Below, piece by piece: positions 11,863 through 24,370 of a DNA stretch of 64,000 nt. Origin of the DNA: Macrostomum lignano (lineage: Eukaryota); the NCBI GenBank assembly GCA_002269645.1, contig NIVC01000146.1, positions 320,071-384,070 on the forward strand. Direction: 5' to 3'. Positions within the stretch are counted from its first letter, which is position 1. Each line of letters opens with the position of its first letter. The translations under genes were made by a program, and so were the position numbers. The notes under the pieces are model-generated. The model did no database searches, had not been told where the DNA came from, and saw only the letters and a program-made list of their open reading frames with translations.

Positions 11863-12904
11863 CGCTGCTGGAACCTGCGTCGATTCGGTCGAATTCGCCG
11901 ACGTTCTTGTCCCGGTTTTCTGGGGAAAATTGTCAACGAATTTCGCAATGGCCGCAATGGCGTGCAAGGTTGGCTGCGTTCAGGGCGTCTTAGGGCTTTG
12001 GAGGGAGGGTTTGTCCTCCGAATACACCGCTGTGATATGAACTTGGCTCCCAGACTATATCTCTCTCTCTCTCCAACAGAGCCTGTCAAAAGCGGCTGAG
12101 GCTCTGGCGGGAGGAGGTTGGGGCCTCTGGCGAAAAAAACTGCTTTGCACGGAATTCTCTCTCCCGCTGTGTGTTGCCCTGCCGGCCCACCGCCGACCAA
12201 TCCGGTTCCTGAAGCGAACCCCCAGCGCATTCAGACCTTTTTAAAGTGGGTCTTTGTTCCGGCTGGGCCCCACCCACCCCCCCCCCCTCCATCGGTTGTG
12301 GGAGCCGCCAACTTAGCCATACTTACTGCTACTACTATGACTGCTACGTAAGTTTTTTAAAGGAGGCCGGGTGGGTTGGACGGCTCCCACGACGGAGTTT
12401 AATACGGACTTGTGGGGGGGGGGGTAGGGAGAGGGGCCGAGCATCAATATAGTCAAATTCTTGTCTCGACCCGCTATCAACCCATTCGTATCAGTTTGTC
12501 TAAGCGAGGACGAAAAGAAAAAAGAGTTCTGTGTGTGTGTGCCTGTCCGTGTGTTCGTGTGTGTGTGTGTGCTTCCAACACACATCCGGGTGCTGCGTTC
12601 TTGAATGCTGTACGAGTACGATGTGTTCAGGTATCGCTTTCTTAATACCGAAATTTCACAATGCCCAAAGACACCTGCCTTCACAAGACCGAAAATTATT
12701 TTTCTAAAAGAGCATAGAAACTATTGGAGGCTGGGGCTATGCAATAAAACGATGAAAAAATTATTAATTATGTCGATGATTATTAAAATCAAAACTATTT
12801 TCAACAATCGACAAACTTGAATTATACCCGTTATTCTTACTATTGTCCTTCTGTTGTGCGCTGTCTTAGATTTAAACTAGGTTAAAGTTCATTACGAGCC
12901 AGAT

Positions 12905-13605
12905 TAGGCGCCACCCCCCCCACTCACCCACCAGTCCTTCATTAGATAAGGCGCCCCCCACTCACCCATCAGTCCTTCATTAGATAAGGCGCCCCCCCCA
13001 CTCACCCATCAGTCCTTCATTAGATAAGGCGCCCCCACTCACCCATCAGTCCTTCATTAGATAAAGCGCCCCCACTCACCCACCAGTCCTTCATTACATA
13101 AGGCGCCCCCCCCCCACTCACCCATCAGTCCTTCATTACATAAGGCGCCCCCCACTCACCCATCAGTCCTTCATTACATAAGGCGCCCCCACTCACCCAC
13201 CAGTCCTTCATTACATAAGGCGCCCCCCCCCCACTCACCCATCAGTCCTTCATTACATAAGGCGCCCCCCCCACTCACCCATCAGTCCTTCATTAGATAA
13301 GGCGCCACCACCCCCACTCACCCCCACTCATCTACCAGTCCTTCATTAGATAAGGCGCCACCACCCCCACTCACCCCCACTCATCTACCAGTCCTTCATT
13401 AGATAAGGCGCCACCACCCCCACTCACCCCCACTCATCTACCAGTCCTTCATTAGATAAGGCGCCACCACCCCCACTCACCCCCACTCATCTACCAGTCC
13501 TTCATTAGATAAGGCGCCACCACCCCCACTCACCCCCACTCATCTACCAGTCCTTCATTAGAAAAGGCGCCACCACCCCCACTCACCCACCAGTCCTTCA
13601 TTAGA
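12905..13605 (+). repeat. About 40-bp minisatellite cactcacccatcagtccttcattagataaggcgcc
   Basis: Direct inspection; variable C-run. Confidence 0.95.
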
Positions 13606-14359
13606 ACATGCGCCTACACGAAACTTTTAATTAAGTCAGGATTTGCTATACGTGTGCTCGAAAACCAATTCACACGCTGAGAATGAAACAGGATAAAATG
13701 AGTCTACTACTATCAATGCAGACACAAGTGACAACTGGATTCAATCGTGCACAGATAAGAACAGGCAGACAGCCGCAGACTGCTCAAACAGATGCAGTCG
13801 TTAAGATAAGCCACGCAGGCCCTTCTGCTTCAGGACGAACCAAGGAGAGAAATGGCTGCTGCCAGACAGAGCAGCGACAGGCCACGGCAAGGAGTTGCAT
13901 GCCAATTTGCCGCAATGACAAGCCCCGCAGGCCCACTGTGCCCACACCGAGCGCTGACTCAGCTCTCTCTGTTCGGCGCATGGCAACTAAAAACACTCAT
14001 ATTGAGTTTTTTCATAAGCTGAATAATTCCAGTGTAAATTTTATTACGATCTCTCTGGTCAAACAATCGACTACCTTGATTAGCAAAGCGGGCTCTCACC
14101 CCCGACCCCCATATTATAGAATATAGTAGCTGCTATCGGGGCCGCCCTGCTGCTCTGATATGCAGGTTGGAGTCTTTCGGGTCCTGGCAAAGCATTGAAC
14201 TTGAGTAGAACGAGATTCCCGGTGCCCGTGTTTAGATAAGATTTTTTACAGCAAATAGTAGCTTTGAGAGCTTCTATCTTTTGAATTTTAACAGTAGCAA
14301 CAACTAGAGACAAATTTCACAAATGTATGTTCCGATAGTTGAGGCTCGGGGCGACTTTG

Positions 14360-14870
14360 CGGGGAGATTCTGTGCTAGGGGCGATTTTTAATGGGAGATT
14401 CCCTGCAAGGGGCGATTTTTTATAGTAGAGTCCCTGCTAGGGGCGATTTTTAATGGGAGATTCTCTGCAAGGGGCGATTTTTTATGGGATATTCCCTACC
14501 AGGGACGGTTTTTATGGGATATTCCCTGCCAGGGACGATTTTTTATGGGAAATTCCCTGCCAGGGACGATTTTTTAGGAGATTCTCAGGCGATTTTGTGG
14601 GAGATTCTCTGCTAGGGCGATTACGCGTAGGATATTCTCCGCTAAGGGCGATTTTTTATGGGAGATTCCCTGCTAGGGGCGATTTTTAATGGGAGATTTC
14701 CTGCCAAGGGCGATTCTTATGGGAGATTCTCTGCTAGGGGGAGATTTTTTATGGGAGATTCTCTGATAGGGGCGATTTTTTATGGGAGATTCTCTGCTAG
14801 GGGGCGATTTGTGGGGGAGATTCTCTGCTAGGGGCGATTTGTATGGGAGATTCTCTGGTATAGGCGATTT
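14360..14870 (+). repeat. Degenerate minisatellite gggagattctctgctaggggcgattttttat
   Basis: Direct inspection. Confidence 0.88.
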
Positions 14871-16084
14871 TGTATAAGAGTACTCTGTTCTAGGAGTACA
14901 CTGTACTGTACTCTGTGCTGTACTGTACTAGGAGTACACGGAGCCCTTTTGCAGTATTGCTTTGGCGTCCCTGACCCTGACGCCGACTCAACAAATAAAA
15001 CTAAATGAGGCCCCTCAGCCGACATAGCGCGCCCCACAGCAATAAAAATGCATTGGTAGGCAGTTGGTGGGTGCTTTCCTACATGTCAAAGACATACAGA
15101 TTTCGAACCATCCAGCGAGACAGCTCAGCTATATAATAAACAAATAAGCCGCACAAGTCAGCTCAAATCTATAAGTGAATCGGACTGGGGCGCGGGGCAA
15201 CTCCCGAAATTTGATGCGGGAAGTCAAGGAGGCTCAGAATCAGGACTTGGAGTAGTTGCTACTCTTCCCTTACCCTCCCCCTCGAATTTTCAGACAAATG
15301 TAGGCCGACATAATCTTTTTTACTTCATCATAACTTCATAATTTCGCATCATAGAGATTGTGAAATCTAGAGCTTGTGAAGTTTCGAGCTTAGAAAACGC
15401 CTCCAATCTGACGAGCTGCAGCTGCAGATGACGAGAGGTTTTTGGAATCACCTGCGGTTTGAATCACCTATTTATGTCATTCCTCGTATCCAGACTATGC
15501 GCTGAAGTATGGTGAAATGGCGAAATTGGAACCGCGAGTTAGTCTTCCGCTCCCAATCCAGGTGCCCTCTATGCGAGCTCCCTGTCCGGCAGTCCCAGAT
15601 TCGGGACACGGGAATTTCCTCGATCTTGACTACCATCTGTCGTTGGGGAAAAAGCATCTATTTATTACTATAGTAGCAACCAACTGAAGGCTGCGGGCCA
15701 GCGTGGGAAATGCGATGAGCTTGTCAGGCGGGTGATTTATTGCTCTAATAACCAGCCCCTACTCAAATTGTTGTGCCTGTTATTCTATAAACAGAACACA
15801 ATAGAGCTGCGCCACTTAAACAGCTCAAACCACTGTATCCAAACTGGAGGGGCGACCAGACACAAAGGATGTCGTCAGATCGGAATTCGATTGAGTTTTT
15901 TAACAACATTAGTAGATTCCCCAAGAACAGCAGCACCACAGAGATGAATTTGAGATCCCATTTCACATTTATATACATCGCTTGAGGCCGTAGATTTTAT
16001 GTACGCTCGTTGTAATGCAAGGCAAATGGTAAAAGTGAGGCAGCGAGGGAACCACAGATCGGCAAGATAAGGAGTGATCACAGC

Positions 16085-16165
16085 CACAGACACAGACAGA
16101 GACAGACAGGCAGGCAGACAGACAGACAGAGACAAACAGACACACAGACAGACAGACAAAGACAC

Positions 16166-16212
<47 letters not shown>

Positions 16213-16255
16213 GGCAGACAGACAGAGACAAACAGACACACAGACAGACAGACAC

Positions 16256-16290
<35 letters not shown>

Positions 16291-16307
16291 CACAGACAGA
16301 CAAACAC

Positions 16308-16362
<55 letters not shown>

Positions 16363-16465
16363 CACAGACAGACAGACAGGCAGACAGACAGAGACAAACA
16401 GACACACAGACAAAGACACACAGACACACAGACAAACAGACAGACAGGCAGACAGACAGACAGCC

Positions 16466-16496
<31 letters not shown>

Positions 16497-16763
16497 GACA
16501 AACAGACACACAGACAAAGACACACAGACACACAGACAAACAGACAGACAGGCAGACAGGCAGACAGACAGACAGCCAGACAGACAGACAGACAGCCAGA
16601 CAGACAGCCACACAGACAGACACACACACAGACAGACAGACAGACAGACAGCCAGACAGACAGACAGACAGGCAGGCAGACACACACACAGACAGACAGA
16701 CAGACAGACAGCCAGACAGACAGACAGACAGCCAGACAGACAGCCACACAGACAGACACACAC

Positions 16764-16806
<43 letters not shown>

Positions 16807-16940
16807 GGCAGGCAGACAGACAGACAGCCAGACAGACAGACAGACAGCCAGACAGACAACCACACAGACAGACACACACACACAGACAGACAGACAGACA
16901 GACAGCCAGACAGACAGACAGACAGGCAGGCAGACAGAGA
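16085..16940 (+). repeat. (GACA)n microsatellite
   Basis: Direct inspection. Confidence 0.97.
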
Positions 16941-17459
16941 AGAAACTAACACACAATTAAAAAGGATTCAAATATTATAACTCAGATTAACAAAGCATAA
17001 TAGTTAAATAAAAATTACCGGATAAGTAATTTACGGTGCTGACAAAAGAAAAGAGGCAGTCGATTCGCGCTGAATGTAAAATCAATTTACATTTTATTTC
17101 ACCAGTGATAAAAAGTGGGACCAACAGACTCTGTGGCAAGAAATGAAATAAAAAATGCAAAAATACATTTGAGCCAACTGCTACGGCAGGCAAAGTTCAC
17201 ATGCACGCAGTACCTATTATTAGTAGGCTTGACAGTAAACACGTACAGATACGTGAAGAGTCAGCAGAAAAGCGGGTGTTTAGCTTTTTCATCGTAATTA
17301 AAAGCAGTGTTTCGCAAATGCATCAACTACTGGCAGTAGAACACAAAGGATTTTATGTAGAGTAAAAAGTTCGACAATGTTGATTACAGGGGGCGGATAC
17401 TGGCGGATCAGGGGCGGATGCTGGCGGTTCAGGGGCGGATACTGACGGTTCAGGGGGCT

Positions 17460-20400
17460 TCAGTAGAAGCGGCTCCGCTGTCTCAGAATTCGATATCGAG
17501 CCCAGGCCAGGCCAGTCACGCAGGCAGCAGCCGCTAGCAGGGCCAGCCAGAAGGCAGAGAGGACGCCACCGCTGTCTCCGCCGCTGGCAGCTAAATGGGC
17601 ATCGGTGAGTGAGCCGGGACGCGCCGAGTGCAGAGGGTCGCCGAGTTCTGAAGAGAGTGGGAGGGTGAGAGAGGGTGAGGGAGTGTTGTAACTGAGCTAG
17701 AAAGAATCGAGTGAAGGGTAAAGAGAGAGATAAGACTAAACAATTATTTTAACCAATGCTTTGAAGACATGAATTGATTAACTTCTAATTAACTAAAATT
17801 AGAGGCATCTAAGCTACTGAAAGTAGCGCGAATGCACAGATGAACACTCACCGCCTTTCTCCTTAGCGAGAGGGTCGATTTCCGGCACAATCTGTCTGCG
17901 AGTGCCGGTGTAGTCGTCTGGATTCAGCGTCTGGCGATGTGGGAAAGAAATTATTCACCTGATTATTGGCTGTGACCTGGGTTTGGATGCCTTCTCAGAG
18001 TGGGGCGCCTCCTCAGATAAGGGCGCCTCCTCAGACAAGAGCGCCTCCTCACTTAAGGGCGCCTCATCAGAGTGGGGCGCCTCCTCATTTAAGGGCGCCT
18101 CATCAGAGTGGGGCGCCTCCTCACTTAAGGGCGCCTCATCAGAGTGGGGCGCCTCCTCATTTAAGGGCGCCTCATCAGAGTGGGGCGCCTCCTTACTTAA
18201 GGGCGCCTCATCAGAGTGGGGCGCCTCCTTACTTAAGGGCGCCTCATCAGAGTGGGGCGCCTCCTCACTTAAGGGCACCTCCTCAGATAAGGGCGCCTCC
18301 TCAGATAAGGGCACCTCCTCAGATAAGGGCACCTCCTCAGATAAGGGCGCCTCCTCAGATAAGGGCACCTCCTCAGATAAGGGCGCCTCCTCAGATAAGG
18401 GCACCTCCTCAGATAAGGGCACCTCCTCAGATAAGGGCACCTCCTCAGATAAGGGCACCTCCTCAGATAAGGGCACCTCCTCAGATAAGGGCACCTCCTC
18501 AGATAAGGGCGCCTCCTCAGATAAGGGCACCTCCTCAGATAAGGGCACCTCCTCAGATAAGGGCGCCTCCTCAGATAAGGGCACCTCCTCAGATAAGGGC
18601 ACCTCCTCAGATAAGGGCGCCTCCTCAGATAAGGGCACCTCCTCAGATAAGGGCACCTCCTCAGATAAGGGCACCTCCTCAGATAAGGGCGCCTCCTCAG
18701 ATAAGGGCACCTCCTCAGATAAGGGCGCCTCATCAGAGAAAGACGCTTCATCAGAGTGGGCGCCTCGTCAGAGTGGGGCGCCTTCTCAACAGTGGGAGCC
18801 TCCCTCCTCAGTAGGGCGCCGCTCCCTCCAAGCCAGCAGAGTCACGAACTCAACGCACCGACTCAACTTCGTAGACCTTAGCCGCCAGAATTTCATGATT
18901 GTCAACCAGTTCGCCCGTCATAGCGCTCAGCCCGAACATGAGGTGAGTTGGCAGGCGGACGCCTCGGACGCGAAAGCAAATCCGCCAGATGCCCGGCTCG
19001 GAGGTGCCGCCCCAGCCGTCGCCTTCATCGTCGGTAACTTTAGTGTAGACGGTTAAAACGTCATCGACGTAGCGAACGGCGAGGTGCGTCTCGCCCTGGC
19101 GATTGCGGAAACTGCAATAAGAAATTCATAATAAACTTGTCGATATCGGTTGTTGAATATTTCAATGACTCTACTGATACGAGCGTATAAGCCATATTAG
19201 TAGTGCTACTAGCGCATGCGCGAGAAATTAGTAAAAAAACAGAAAAAATAGAGTGAAGCATTACTTCACTGTGCAGCCGGCCGGTTCCTTCTGTTCGCCG
19301 TCGTCATCGTGCGAAAATTCCAAACTGCCGTTGTTGACGATGGCCGATATGTAGGGGTGAAAACGGCCTTGCTCAGGGCCGTGCGCATTGCTGTAGGTGT
19401 CAAGCAGAACAGCCAGGCCACGAAATCGGCTGGGGCCACCGAACAGCGGCCCGGGGAATCCCCGGGGGAATCTCGCACCTGGGATTCCCTTGGCATCTGC
19501 ATACCAGAAGGCAAAGCCGTCGCCGCAGTGACCATCAGCAGGGCCGTGGACTCGGAAGTGGACACGAACCTCCCAGTGTCGGATGTGGACGGGCAGACGG
19601 CTGACAATGGCACCCTGCTGTGACTGCCTGTTGGCTGTCAGCTGGACAAAGTCGTCGCCAGAGATCGCAGCACTGCCAGAGAGACTCCATGAACCTTTTG
19701 GGGATATGGAAATATAGGAAATATGGAAAGAAAAGTCTAGCGATTTATATCACAGTTAGGACTGACACAAGTCACAGTGGGGTCCATAAGAATTACCTGC
19801 CAAGATTTACCTGCAGTGCAATTTGCCTGTGAGTGAATTGCCCACTGAGTTTTTACTGCTAAGGTTTGCCTGCAATTATTTTTCCTGTAGCACATTTAGC
19901 CACATAGCAGATTGAGTCTGCCTTGTCTCCCCAATGCTTAGTAAGTCTTAATAAAGAGATTTACCCAATCAAAACATTTTGATAGTAACTGCATATCAAA
20001 TTCATTTTTCCTGTAGGTATTCAGGGGTACATGCCAGGGTACATTGGTGAGGTATTAATTTATGCATATGTTGCATTGCTTTGTCTCCAAATCTCTTTAT
20101 TAAAACTTATACAGTACTAAGCATTAGGGGAGGCAATGCAGACAGAATCTAGCTTCAAATGGCTAAATGCATTGCAGTAAAAAAGCATTGTGGGCAAACC
20201 TTGACAGGAAAAAATCTAGTAGACAATTTGCTTGTAGGTAGGGCAATTCATTTGTGAGCAAATTGCACTGCAGGCAATTCTTGGAAGGCAAGTATTAATA
20301 GGCAATTTGCTCATAGGAAAAATGCACTGTAGGCAAATCTTGGTAAGAAAAGCTTAATGGGCAAATCTTGGCAAACAATTCTAGTATGTCATAGATATAT

Positions 20401-21346
20401 AGGGCATCAAACAAATGTAAACAACAATTTTAAGTCAATAGGATACTTAAAATCCAAAGCAAGTTTTTTTAAAAACTTATCAATGAAAAATAAAGTTATA
20501 TTTTAATTAAATAAATTAGTAATTGAAAGTTAAAATCATAGTTTAAGCACTTATAAGGCACAATATATATAAAAGTGCTAGTAAATTTTGACATTATTAT
20601 TAATATTATCATTTTATTGTTCAAAAAAAAAACTTTATATAAAATTACTTCCTTTTAACACTACAAAAACAGTTTACTAAGCATATATCATATAAACCAT
20701 AGATAGTTGTAAAATAAAACCAAAAATAATAGATTTAGTGACTATTCTATTATAAAAAAAATATATATATAAACAATAATATAATATCATAATAATTACA
20801 TTTAATTCTAAAATTCTTTCTTAAAATGAAAGTTTCCTGTCAAGATACTATATTTGATAGAAAAAATTGACTTAAAAATAGTTATATAGAACTATTGCTA
20901 TGTATGAGCAATCAATTAAGTGTGACCAATCCTATTTATTATGTAGGTATTTTTTGTTTCTATTTTTATCAATATATAATAGACAAAAATAAAAGCTTGA
21001 AAAATAAACAATATATAGAGGCTCGAAAAGACAATGTTAGCAAGTTTAAATGAAGTAACTATGAGGGTGCTTTTATAAATACAATCTTACCTTGGTATGG
21101 CTTCATCAAGGAATATTCTTTCCTTAGGAAAAATGATGGAGACATGCCATTTGAAATGTCTTCCAGCTCATCATTGGCATTACTAAAATCTGAACTACAC
21201 TGTGTTGGCAATATGAAAAGATTAATTCCTAACATAATGGCAAACACAAAACTTAAAGTAGTGTCCCAAATGACCCTAGGACTCGGAGTGGTTTTGCCAT
21301 TGGAACGAAATGAACACAAGTCAGAAGTTACGAGTAATAAGTGCAT
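17460..21346 (-). CDS. LMAN2: L-type (legume-like) lectin of VIP36/VIPL type, type I membrane protein, 5 exons, about 382 aa
   Basis: Exons 21346-21091, 19694-19265, 19111-18859, 17930-17852, 17590-17460, all GT-AG and phase-consistent (1149 nt). Motifs RKEYSLMKPYQG, WEVRVHFRVHG..CGDGFAFWY, GLAVLLDTYSN, PYISAIVNNGS, GVRLP..FGLSAMTGELVDNHEI, a TM helix and C-terminal RSRFY*. The start ATG is uncertain and LMAN2 versus LMAN2L is not resolvable. Confidence 0.93.
17990..18800 (+). repeat. 18-bp minisatellite GGGC(A/G)CCTCCTCAGATAA filling lectin intron 3
   Basis: Direct inspection; 36-bp higher-order units at the left end. Confidence 0.96.
19790..20290. repeat. Old degenerate inverted repeat (arms about 190 bp) in lectin intron 1
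   Basis: cctgcagtgcaatttgc...aatgcttagta...taataaagagattt is mirrored by aaatctctttattaa...tactaagcatt...gcaaattgcactgcagg. Confidence 0.6.
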
Positions 21347-23419
21347 TTGAAAACGCGTAAAAGCACAGCTTTTAATGTCTGGAACTTGCGAAATTTAGGC
21401 ACTTAGGTTTATTTAGCTATTCTCTAGCGACCAAGATTTGTTATTTATGTTACTGCGATGCTCAAAAAAGGAAAATTCAGAGAATCAAAGGAAGCGAGAA
21501 ATTTTCAATTTTCTATGATTCGTTTCTGACGCACACATCGTTTCAATTATCGCTGTTTCGACTTCCACTCTCCTTGTATTGTGATTCTGAAGCAAGCTCG
21601 ACACTTCAGTAGTCATTAATAGTTTTTATTCAGTTAAATAAGTATAAAGAGCCTTCATTTTGGTTGTTTGTAGCAACTCATTACAATTTATTGAACTTCA
21701 GTCAAGGACGATTTTAGATAGCTTTTCGAAACGAAGAATGTAAAACTTCAAGTACAGTACATGCAGTATTGTTATGAATTCTTATGTTATGTATTATGGC
21801 TTTTGTATCTGACGGATTCTGAGTTTATAATTAAAACTTTCTGTCAAATCAGTCAGTCTACACTTTAGGCATTTTCACAGGCTAACTTACATGTAGATAT
21901 GTGCTTAAAGCCAAAGGCGACTTATATATGTATTTTACATTTACATGTAGTCTGCCACAAATTTTATGGTGACTTTTTATAATCAGTAATCCCATATATC
22001 TACGATAGTTATTAATATTTAAAGCATTATTATAGTTGGAAAAGGATTTTGAAGTGAATTATTAATCGGTCGGCACGCCAGACACGATCGAGATCAGGTT
22101 TGTCACAGAATTATCACTGTTTAAGATAGCTAGGTGACCGATACAATCTTGGTCATCTGTGCTTTACTTTTATGCGTACTTTACACACGTGTGTACGTGT
22201 ACTTTATTCTTCTACACTATGAATTGGATATAGTCCCTTGACGACCCCTCTAGACACCAAGCGACGGCCCAGCTTTACTTTTCCGTGAATGAAATCCGCC
22301 ATTTTGTGACACCCGAGAATAATCACAGTAAAATTTCGCCTCAATCCATACTGGATTGATATACACAACTGGAAAAACGTCACATCTGGAATCGTTGCCA
22401 TAATTATCCCACGACTAGAGTCTCTTCGATGTGCGATATTTGAGAACACCGGCGGAGAGAGGCGCGCATAATTACATGAGTATGAGCTGCGCTACGTCGC
22501 TTTTTGTCTGGCCAGGCCGGCACTTGCAATATGCGCGCCGCATTAAGAAGAAACCCGATTGACCGAGCAGAAATCTGACACCCTGTGTGGTTTGATGGCC
22601 GCACAAAGGGTGCCTGTACACGCCCGCTGGCCTTGAAATAAGGATTCGCCAAGAGCAAAGGCGCCAAAGCAAAGAAAAAAATAATCCAGCTTTTGTTCAG
22701 CTGCTTAAGAAGCTTGTAGATGAGCCGGCAATCCCTGAACAAACCATTTCAATTTTACAGTTAGAATACACCATGTTTGGCCAATCTGTAGCTGCAGGTG
22801 GGCCACATGGTCTCACCATCCTCCGCCCCGAGTTAAACTGCCTACAGCACTCCCCGTCTGACGCCCGGCCAGTCGTCTCCATTCCATTCCCAAGAATCCA
22901 CCGGCAGTCGAGTGCTTATCCCAGCTGCATTAGTTGATTGTAGAGAAGCGGCCGTTCCCCAGACTCTGGCAGACGCATTAATACATAATGCGCTCGATTT
23001 CACGTCAAAAAATGGGACATGCTGATGAGATATGACGATAAGCCGAGGTAAATGTAAAAAGTGCAGGATTAAAAAGTCCGGAATGGCCTTGCTGCCATGC
23101 AGTGGCGAAAGCGGGACCTGGCCTAGTATTTTACCTGACGGACTTACAGTTCTTAGTGTAAAAATTAATTAAACTAGACTTCGATCAGTATATACATGCA
23201 ATAATGAGCGTGCAAATCTCTCTAATACTGGAGAAATGGGAGCTGTAAGTCGGGAGGTACATTTAAAGGAGAATAATTGCTACAATTCGATCATTATAAA
23301 TGTATAGTTGAAGTTCATTTCTTAGCTCATCCTCATCCTCGGAGGCTCTGAATCCACCAGATTAGGGTTTAAGAATGTGTGGTGCTTAAATGCTGATGCA
23401 GATTCCAAGTGTGTAGGAA

Positions 23420-24370
23420 TTTAGGATTCCGAGTGTTGGATTCCAAATGCAGGATTCCGAATGCGGGATTTCGAGTGTAGGATTCTGAATGCGGGATTCC
23501 GAATGTCGGATTCCAAGTGTTGGATTCCGAATGCGGGATTCCGAATGCGGGATTCCGAATGCGGGATTCCGAATGCGGGATTCAGAATGTGGGATTCCGA
23601 GTGTGGGATTCCGAATGCAGGATTCCGAATGCGGGATTCCGAGTGTGGGATTCTGAATGCGGGATTCCGAATGTGGGATTCCAAGTGTTGGATTCCGAAT
23701 GCGGGATTCCGAATGCGGGATTCCGAATGCGGGATTCAGAATGCGGGATTCCGAGTGTGGGATTCCGAATGCAGGATTCCGAATGCGGGATTCCGAATGT
23801 GGGATTCAGAATGTGGGATTCCGAGTGTGGGATTCCGAATGCAGGATTCCGAATGCGGGATTCCGAGTGTGGGATTCTGAATGCGGGATTCCGAATGTGG
23901 GATTCCAAGTGTTGGATTCCGAATGCGGGATTCCGAATGCGGGATTCCGAATGCGCGATTCAGAATGCGGGATTCCGAGTGTGGGATTCCGAATGCAGGA
24001 TTCCGAATGCGGGATTCCGAGTGTGGGATTCTGAATGCGGGATTCCGAGTGTGGGATTCTGAATGCGGGATTCCGAATGTGGGATTCCAAGTGTTGGATT
24101 CCGAATGCGGGATTCCGAATGTGGGATTCCGAATGCGGGATTCAGAATGTGGGATTCCGAGTGTGGGATTCCGAATGCAGGATTCCGAATGCGGGATTCC
24201 GAGTGTGGGATTCTGAATGCGGGATTCCGAGTGTGGGATTCTGAATGCGGGATTCCGAATGTGGGATTCCGAGTGTTGGATTCCGAATGTGGGATTCCGA
24301 GTGTGGGATTCTGAATGCGGGATTCTGAGTGTGGGATACCGAATGTTGGATTCCGAATGTTGTATTCTGA
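23420..24370 (+). repeat. 14-bp minisatellite GGGATTCCGAATGC
   Basis: Direct inspection. Confidence 0.96.

Noticed and set aside
13683-15660. Short unique-sequence ORFs and splice-like sites between the FLYWCH and lectin genes
   Set aside because: No recognisable homology and no consistent exon chain; may be UTR or decayed repeats.
18850-18858. In-frame TGA right after the lectin domain, suggesting a secreted, TM-less lectin
   Set aside because: GAG TCG|gtgcgt is a usable donor, and phase-matched stalk and TM/RFY exons exist downstream.
17955-19056. ORFs of 160-357 aa over the 18-bp array (SEEVPL / RAPPQI / SSDKG repeats)
   Set aside because: The array lies in lectin intron 3 and is open in several frames on both strands; no unique coding flanks.
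22200-22960. Moderately GC-rich unique block with several short ORFs
   Set aside because: Multiple stops in all frames and no motif I can identify.
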